64,000 nt of DNA, from positions 6,376,201-6,440,200 of the forward strand of contig NC_092670.1 of the NCBI RefSeq assembly GCF_964355755.1, given 5' to 3'. Shown one piece after another: positions 56,298-64,000 of this stretch. The DNA comes from Antedon mediterranea. Lineage: Eukaryota; Animalia; Echinodermata. The position numbers and the translations under genes were made by a program. The notes below the pieces were generated by a model. It saw only the letters and a program-made list of their open reading frames with translations. It searched no databases and was not told where the DNA came from. Within the stretch, counting starts at the first letter, position 1. The number at the start of each line of letters is the position of its first letter.

Positions 56298-57828
56298 TTA
56301 ATTACAATGAGAACTGTACACTGGCTTAGCTTTGTTACAAATTATGTTATCATGATGAACACTTCGGAACCAGTTCATTGAAACGTTAATCTCTCGTACT
56401 TCGTCAACAGAACAAGATATTTGAAGTTCTGGAAAGAGTTTACCAACGTTCTCTTTCATGAGGTCACAAGCAACCAGAATGGCTGCAGTGGCCAATCTTG
56501 ATGCATAAGTCTGGGTCATTACAGTATAGCTGTTAGCAGCCTGTACGATTAACCTTTGCGCTTGGATCCCTACCTGATCCATAGAAAATAAAACATCTGG
56601 ATGGTGATGTGGTCGAAGTACAACCCACTTTTTACAATGAGCATTAAGAACATCTAAAGCAGTCGGTGCTTCAAGACCGTTGATGCCTAGAGTGGAATCA
56701 ATCAAATTAGTAAATCTTTTAATTTCTGGTATTTGTGTGTATCCTAAGCCTAGTAAAGTTCTGTATAATACATTTATTTCTCTTCCAAGTTGGGAGACAG
56801 CGGTCAAAACAAAAGCACCGATTGTCACAAGTCGGATATTTTCCGACGTCATAGCATGTGTCGTCTTTGACATGAAATTATCTAAGAGGCATACAGCATT
56901 GAATCCGAATCCATGACCATAGTTAAACTGACGAGACATGGTCATTAATAAATCTACTTGGTGTTTTCTGATGTTTTTAGAAATTAATGGATGTTTTTTC
57001 AGCCAATCATGTGGAGAAAGTTGCTCCTTCCTTAGCCGTTCAATGTGAACTAAACTTCCGTCACTGAATATCGATAATGGAACTGACTTACCTGTAGACT
57101 TACCTGCTGACGTCATGTTGTACGGATCTTTAGCCAGAAGTGGAGGGTAATCCTCGTACAGTTGTTTCTTAGGAGGCTCAAATTCTGCACTACTAAATGC
57201 AATATCCTCCCAATAATATGACTTCACTTTGAAGCCACGATTCCAGAAGTGATCATGTAACTTATTACCCCTTTCAAGACAAACTTTTTTCCGGCGTAGA
57301 TATTCCTCTCTGCCAACACTAGGAGGCTGAGTGTCAGTCGGCAACCTAACTGACTTTGATGTTGATGGTGAGGTATCGTCAGGTTTACTATCAACAATTA
57401 AAAGAGGATCTTTCCTACCTGGAATGCGGCCACCATCCAAGCTGTACTTGGCGGGTTTTTTAAGTGCAGCGTCAAGAATCATTTTAGCCCTATATGTATG
57501 TAAAACATCTTTCATTTATCATTATTATCCTTCTCATAGTTCAGCCATACAATACAATCGGTAGGCTAGGCCTTTAATTTATTATAATATATTATTATTG
57601 AATGATGATTAATTTGTTTAAAAAGTAAATGTTTAATGGCCCCTACCTATTAAGAGGCTGTCGTTTCATTGAACTCCCGGGTACTACTCGTGTGTAGTTG
57701 GGTTTTGGTCTTCGGCAAATGTCAGTAGATGGACTCTTCTTAAGTCCAAACATCATTTGCCTTTCAAGCTTAGCTAAAACACTCAAAGTATCCTTAGCTT
57801 GCTTGGTGTTTGGTCTGGTAGGAGACAT
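56298..57828 (-). CDS. Divergent cyclin-O-like protein, about 457 aa. Exons 57828-57647 and 57489-56298
   Basis: The cyclin box aligns by eye with CCNO: LSIFSD..LSPHDWLKKHPLISKNIR..RQF..AVCLLDNFM..RLVTIGAFVL..LEAPTALDVL..AQRL..YASRLATAAILVACDLM. The upstream ORF 57643-57840 ends in AAT AG|gtaggg, and the long ORF contains acatatag|G GCT. This gives a phase-2 matched 157-bp intron, so the true start is probably ATG 57828 (MSPTRP...). Confidence 0.8.
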
Positions 57829-59639
57829 TCTTTGTAACAAATATATTACAAAATTGATGATCGAAGAAAATAAAACTCGGTGCGTGAGTAAAATGTTTGC
57901 TGAGTAAAAGCTTTATGAGAAAGCAGTTTGATATCAGAGTATCAATTTTTTCTCCGATATCGCATCCTTTTATACAATTTTTAAAGTGTGCGTAAGCCGT
58001 TGCTTGCGCGCTTCGTTCGAAAAGAACGTGACGCAGTACGCAGCATAACGTAAGTACGCGACTAAGTACAGTAGCACCACCAAAGATAAAAGCCACGTGG
58101 CCAAAGATCGTACAGCGCCACCGGCGTTGCGCTAGCATCTGTGCCCGTACGTAAGCCATATTTGCGCTAGATAGATCTGGCAGCACAACCAAAAAGAGCC
58201 GGAAACAGTATAAACTGTTTTTGTCGAATACGAATTTTTAAATATTGTGCAATTATATCGATATGCGTTATCATAGTTTGATTTTACGTTAGCTATCAGA
58301 GTTGCACAAAATATACAATATAATAATTTAAGAAAAAAGATTTAAAATGTAGCATAACTCAAGGATTTTAAGCGTAACATAACCCGTCCCCACCTCTAAT
58401 CAATAATTATTATGATTGACCAAAAAAATCATGGAACAAAGGAGTATATTACAAAGTATTAACATTTTTTTAAATATAGAGGATTACGTAATTCAGAAAT
58501 AAGGTAGTAAAAACTACTACAATTATGGTCCCGTTTGTAAAATACAAAATCTTAACTAAAAAAAGAGACGCAAGCTACAGAACAATGAGCTAAAATATCA
58601 ATATTATATATAATAAAGTTTGAACTTTTAATGGAAGTGCATTTTTGTGTTCAATATAGGTATTTTCTTCAACGCCTAATATAAACTATTGAAAATAACG
58701 AACGCAGTTTGGGAATAATAGGCCTAATTATACCATTAACAATTTTTGTATATTATCATCATATTATCGTATAGGGCATAGCGATAGAAACTATAAATTA
58801 CTATAAAAAAATGTTAAGAAAATCTTGCCAATATGGTGAAAGCTGTAGAAGTAGCTCGCATCTCCTACTGGTTGGTGTCAGGATCTTGGATGAGTTCCTT
58901 ACATTGAAGCTGAGGTGATATTTCGTTCATTGCATTAGGCTATTTATTGTACAGTAGCTTTTAAACCTATACTATATCTACTCCTTAAAAAGTAATTTTT
59001 TAAAATAGTTTTTCTAAATGTGCAGTAGGCCTACTTTGCCACTTTTAGAAAAAAAATCCTAAAATTGAATACAGGATTTTGTCGAAAATATCTTTTTTGT
59101 ATACGATCAATATGTGATATACATATACTGTGTATTGCGTTTCATGGAGTCCGCATAGTAATCCAATTGTGAACATTTTGGCCATTCCACGTATTTGTGT
59201 TATAGTCAATTTATGATTTAAGATAGGACATTATAATTATTCAATTTCTTAATTTACCCTTATTATAATGCATTGTTATTTATATTTTTATTTTATGAAT
59301 CTTCTTTTCTTTGCCTTTCCCCTCATTGTTCATTCTCCATATTAACGGTTTCTGTCCCTCATGTGTGGCAGTAAGTTAGAACAAACCCTTAACTTTGACT
59401 AAACTAGTTAATACTATATTAATTTTGTCTTTATTTCGAAAGATGCGTTGTTATTTTGATAACGAAAGGTTCATGCACGACAGTGACAGTTTTTGTAAAA
59501 TTCATAATAATTATAATTTTCATAATAAAAGTTCTAGTAATAGCGTCCTCTGTTGTTTTTGAGGGTCTTGTTTATTTCATTATTTGGCTATACCCTCTAT
59601 GCCATCGAGGGATTCCACCAATCAGCCATTTTATCAGGA

Positions 59640-59812
59640 AGTCGAACTGCGAACGAACACACACAGCCGAGTGATTTTTGTCGATTTCCGGGTTTTGGGT
59701 GGACCATCAATGCATCCGTAGACGTTTAGCATGATATCATATCTAGGCTAGGCCTATGGTTAGCATCAATTTACTATACGAAGTCTATTTAAACAAAGTT
59801 CTATAGGTAAGG
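59640..59812 (+). promoter_or_regulatory. Probable promoter and non-coding first exon of a plus-strand gene whose coding exons are not evident in the window
   Basis: CpG-rich patch with ETS-like TTCCGG and a donor ctatag|GTAAGG at 59806/59807. It is followed by the same dense TAGGCCTA cluster seen in intron 1 of NDUFA10 and CerS, then by CpG-poor intron-like DNA. Confidence 0.4.
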
Positions 59813-61239
59813 CATTGCTTATATGGATAAGAATTAAAGAAATAACCGACATTTGTAATTTCGTTCTATTTTCTGACGGAAAATCAGTCTTTTTGTAGGA
59901 ATGATCTTTAAAAATATAAGGCTTGGCTAGGCCTAGGCCTAGCTCCTACTGGTCTAGTAGGCCTATCTAGAGGGCAGCACAGTCTCTAGTAGGTCTAGGC
60001 CTAAACGAGACACCTAGGCTAGGTGTCTCGTTTAGGCCTAGTCTTGTCAAGGTACTTAACCTTAGATAGCTGAGCGAGAGCTTAGGTCTTGTCTACTAGG
60101 CCTAGGCTAAACTAAAGTAGTATGCCTGGTAGCTTATCTCTCTCTGACCAATCCAATCCAGACCAAATGATAAAATAAAATAATTTTTTTATTACTCTGT
60201 ACTTTTTATAAGAGTCTTTTGACAAAAATAATACTTAAACATTTATTAGGGTTAGGCCTAGCCTATCATTGTTTTGATTTAATGTGTGGATTATCTCCCA
60301 AGGGATACGAAGTAGTACTGTTCAGTAGCCTCAATATATACTGTAAGCCTGATCCAGGGATGGGTTGTTATATAGGCCTTCACTAGGTAAACAAAAGGAG
60401 TGTCCTTGTCACTACCAATTGTTAATTGCTAGTCACCAGTGTCCAGTATTAACGAAAATGGAATTCTCTTTAATTTTTTTTAATTTTTAATGCCAGTGTG
60501 TTGAAATTATATTGTTCTTGATGTTCCTGCTGTGTATTCTACTTTTTGAATGTTTTTTTATTTTCTACAGTTAGTAAAATTAGTGTTACTGTGGGTTTAG
60601 TGAAGATGGGACTGGTACCTAGAGCATAACAGTTGGGAGGATATCTGCTTGAATGTGGGTGGATACTGTACTTACAATATACTGTGTATGAGTGGTACTA
60701 TATGAAGCTTATTGACACTACTTAACTGGTGTATTGTTTTTGCAGGCTTTTATTTTAGTAAACAAAATGAGAATTCATTAATTTGAATTAAAGTAAATTG
60801 TTTAGTTTCTCTAAAACTGTTCAACCCCATAGCCAGAGTGGTGTCGGGAGAAAACTTTTGTGGAAAACGAACCTTTCTTTAAAAATCTTTGCTACTGTAC
60901 GTGCTTGGAGCACTGCTTTCTCAGTGTGTTTCGATTGGGTAAAATGTTTAACAGTATGTCTTACAGTATTGATATTCTGACAACTAAATATGTGTGTTGA
61001 TGTGTACATTAGGAATGCAATGGTTTTTACCTACCATTGGTTGGCACTAGGTATCGTACACTGATTTCATATAAACATCTAAAATATTCTGTTGATTGAA
61101 TACAGTTAGTAGAAAAAGGTCAACTTGTGGAAACAGATGATGAACCTGATTAATTACAGAAACAGAAAGAAACATGGATAACTTAGAGAAACATGGTTAC
61201 CTACAGAAACATATTGATACCTTACACTTACAGCAAAAG

Positions 61240-62572
61240 GACACTTTGCAGAAACCGACCTAATTTGCAGAAACAGATCTTGAACGGATGGATACCTTGC
61301 AACATGGATACCTACTGTAAGTTGCAGGAAGAGATCTTAAACACATAGATACCTTGCAGAAACAGATCTTGAACAGATGGATACAGATCCTGCAAACAGA
61401 TCTTTAACAGGTTGATACTTGACAGAAACATATCTTGAACAGATGGATACAGTACCTTGCAGAAACAGATCTTTAACAGATGGATACAGTACCTTGCAGA
61501 AACAGATCTTTAACAGATGGATACAGTACCTTGCAGAAACAGATCTTTAACAGATGGATACAGTACCTTGCAGAAACAGATCTTTAACAGATGGATACAG
61601 TACCTTGCAGAACAGATCTTTAACAGTTGGATACAGTACCTTGAAGAAACAGATCTTTAACAGATGGATACAGTACCTTGCAGAAACAGATCTTTAACAG
61701 ATTGATACAGTACCTTGCAGAACAGATCTTTAACAGATGGATACAGTACCTTGCAGAACAGATCTTTAACAGATGGATACAGTACCTTGCAGAAACAGAT
61801 CTTTAACAGTTGGATACAGTACCTTGCAGAAACAGATCTTTAACAGATGGATACAGTACCTTGCAGAAACAGATCTTTAACAGATGGATACAGTACCTTG
61901 CAGAAACAGATCTTGAACAGATGGATACAGATCCTGCAAACAGATCTTTAACAGGTTGATACTTGACAGAAACATATCTTGAACAGATGGATACAGTACC
62001 TTGAAGAAACAGATCTTTAACAGATGGATACAGTACCTTGCAGAAACAGATCTTTAACAGATGGATACAGTACCTTGCAGAAACAGATCTTTAACAGATG
62101 GATACAGTACCTTGCAGAAACAGATCTTGAACAGATGGATACAGATCCTGCAAACAGATCTTTAACAGGTTGATACTTGACAGAAACATATCTTGAACAG
62201 ATGGATACAGTACCTTGAAGAAACAGATCTTTAACAGATGGATACAGTACCTTGCAGAAACAGATCTTTAACAGATGGATACAGTACCTTGCAGAAACAG
62301 ATCTTTAACAGATGGATACAGTACCTTGCAGAAACAGATCTTTAACAGATGGATACAGTACCTTGCAGAAACAGATCTTGAACAGATGGATACAGATCCT
62401 GCAAACAGATCTTTAACAGGTTGATACTTGACAGAAACATATCTTGAACAGATGGATACAGTACCTTGAAGAAACAGATCTTTAACAGATGGATACAGTA
62501 CCTTGCAGAAACAGATCTTTAACAGATGGATACAGTACCTTGCAGAAACAGATCTTTAACAGATGGATACCT
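61240..62572. repeat. Minisatellite, 37-bp unit, more than 30 copies, with a recurring variant block
   Basis: Unit CAGATGGATACAGTACCTTGCAGAAACAGATCTTTAA. A variant doublet recurs at about 61374, 61918, 62132 and 62385, and shorter degenerate units sit at the left edge. Confidence 0.95.
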
Positions 62573-62787
62573 AAGTTGAAAGAATAGCTCTGGCATAAAC
62601 CGATACATTTTATAAATAAATTTTGAAAAAAGCAGAAATTAAAGGTAATTTAGTAAATTAGATGGAAGATGGACATTCCAGTACTTGTTTACAGATGGAT
62701 ATGGTGTAAATGTACTTTTTACAATGTTCAGAACAACTGGTAGAGCATTTCAGTAAACATGCTACTGTACTAATAAATGGATAACTA

Positions 62788-63598
62788 CCTTATATTTCGG
62801 TGTATAAGTCGCACTTTTGACACGCAAATTTGACCTCTAAATTAAGGGTGCGTCTTATACACCGAACATAAATGCCTCACTACACAGAGTGTACATATCG
62901 TCACCTCGTTGGCTAGGCTAGGCCTAGCTACAGTGTACTAACGTAATGGCAACCTGCTTCTGCCTAGTTTTCAAGGCATTTTAGCGTGATGTTATACTAA
63001 ATATGATGAAAAGATTTGTTTATTATGGAGCTGTTTTAGGCGCTCCGATAAAATTTCATTTGTAAACGTTTACGATTGGAATAGTATTTATTTATAGTTA
63101 TACGCACGATCGCCGACCGCCGTACCCCCAGCGCAAGCCCTTCTTGGCGGCCACATCTTGTACGGTATTCGACTAGTATATTCTCCAGATGATTATAGCA
63201 TGGACCTAGCGTACACACTTCTCGAATAAATAGATACTAATCGAATACGATTGTCCGTGAAAACGTGCGCCCTCTTGAAATGATCGAGCGTTACACACAC
63301 GGTCATGCACTCGATGTTGCGGGTGCGAAACTCATGAATAACAAGTTAGAAACAACTTGTTGAGGCTGGCCGCGGCCGAGCCTAGGTAAGAAAAACCCTA
63401 AATAAAGGACGCTGTTGTAGATATAACAAAATATATTATTACAATAAGATTGATTACAATATAAAAAAAACATTGTTTTGATGAAATATAAGGTGCGTCT
63501 TATACATCGACGATATAAAAAATACCGATATTTTACTCTCAGTTAGGGGGTGCGTCTTATACACAGGTGCGACTTATACAGTACACCGAAATATACGG
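62788..63598. mobile_element. Tc1/mariner superfamily (Tc2/pogo-like) non-autonomous element
   Basis: TA|CCTTATATTTCGGTGTATAAGTCGCAC ... GTGCGACTTATA(CAGTA)CACCGAAATATACGG|TA, with a TA TSD and internal GGTGCGTCTTATAC subterminal repeats. Confidence 0.8.
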
Positions 63599-64000
63599 TA
63601 CAGTATTTGCCAAACAACATTTTTATGATTTAATTTATTTTCTGTTTTTGCACTGTCAAGTTAGTACAGGAATATTTTAAAAATGTGAATTTCATGGTGG
63701 TTTGTTTCAGCAAATGGTTCATTAGGCAAGGAGATTTAAATATTGTCTGCTACATAGCTGCACGCTACACCAGAGATCAGATCACAATGGGGTCAACAAT
63801 ATTTGATTGTTTAAACTGTTTTGGTTGCTAAATGTCCATTATGTTATTGTTAATGATGGATATTTAAGTGTTTACCACGCATGATGTTAATCCTACTGTA
63901 GCAATCAGAGGGGGTGGGTGCTACTGTATACAGTAAGACAAACAGTAGGGTTGATGCTAGCTATGAATTTGTGTGGGTGCTTAAAATTATGAGTGAGTAC

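Noticed and set aside
56298-57515. 405-aa ORF as an intronless viral cyclin starting at 57515
   Set aside because: A phase-compatible upstream exon and intron explain the 5' end better, and there are no viral genes nearby.
53700-58250. Cyclin-like gene plus AT-rich block as a bounded mobile element
   Set aside because: I could not find TIRs, LTRs, a TSD or Helitron termini by eye, so it is kept only as a hypothesis in the findings.
61240-62572. 37-bp repeats as CRISPR direct repeats
   Set aside because: The length is CRISPR-like, but the repeats are head-to-tail without spacers; this is a minisatellite.

Overview
AT-rich, intron-containing animal DNA, probably from an echinoderm or another invertebrate deuterostome (inferred from actin intron positions and residues, and from the SINE types). 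Four protein-coding genes can be reconstructed with GT-AG introns in matching phases. (1) The 5' five exons of NDUFA10 (minus strand, running off the left edge). (2) Head-to-head with it, a complete 8-exon homeodomain-type ceramide synthase (CerS5/6-like, plus strand, 376 aa). (3) A complete cytoplasmic-type actin (minus strand, 376 aa) inside a gene-free domain carrying five perfect CArG boxes. (4) A highly divergent two-exon cyclin-O-like gene (minus strand, about 457 aa) that lacks the CDK-contacting Lys/Glu pair and is followed by about 2.5 kb of extremely AT-rich DNA containing a 12 x 83-bp array. A fifth, plus-strand transcription unit probably starts near 59.7 kb. The rest is a mosaic of MITEs (Kolobok-, Harbinger-, P-, IS3EU-, Tc2/pogo- and piggyBac-like), SINEs, LINE ends and three minisatellites. 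The most striking unannotated signal is a dense record of apparent DNA-transposon excision scars: TA-CAG/CTG-TA, TA-GGC/GCC/GGCC-TA and P-element-type hairpins with a TSD. Several can be shown to be insertions by comparing repeat copies within the window. The two TA-scar classes appear to segregate between gene bodies and promoter/CpG-rich DNA. All homology calls are from recalled family knowledge; no searches were run.
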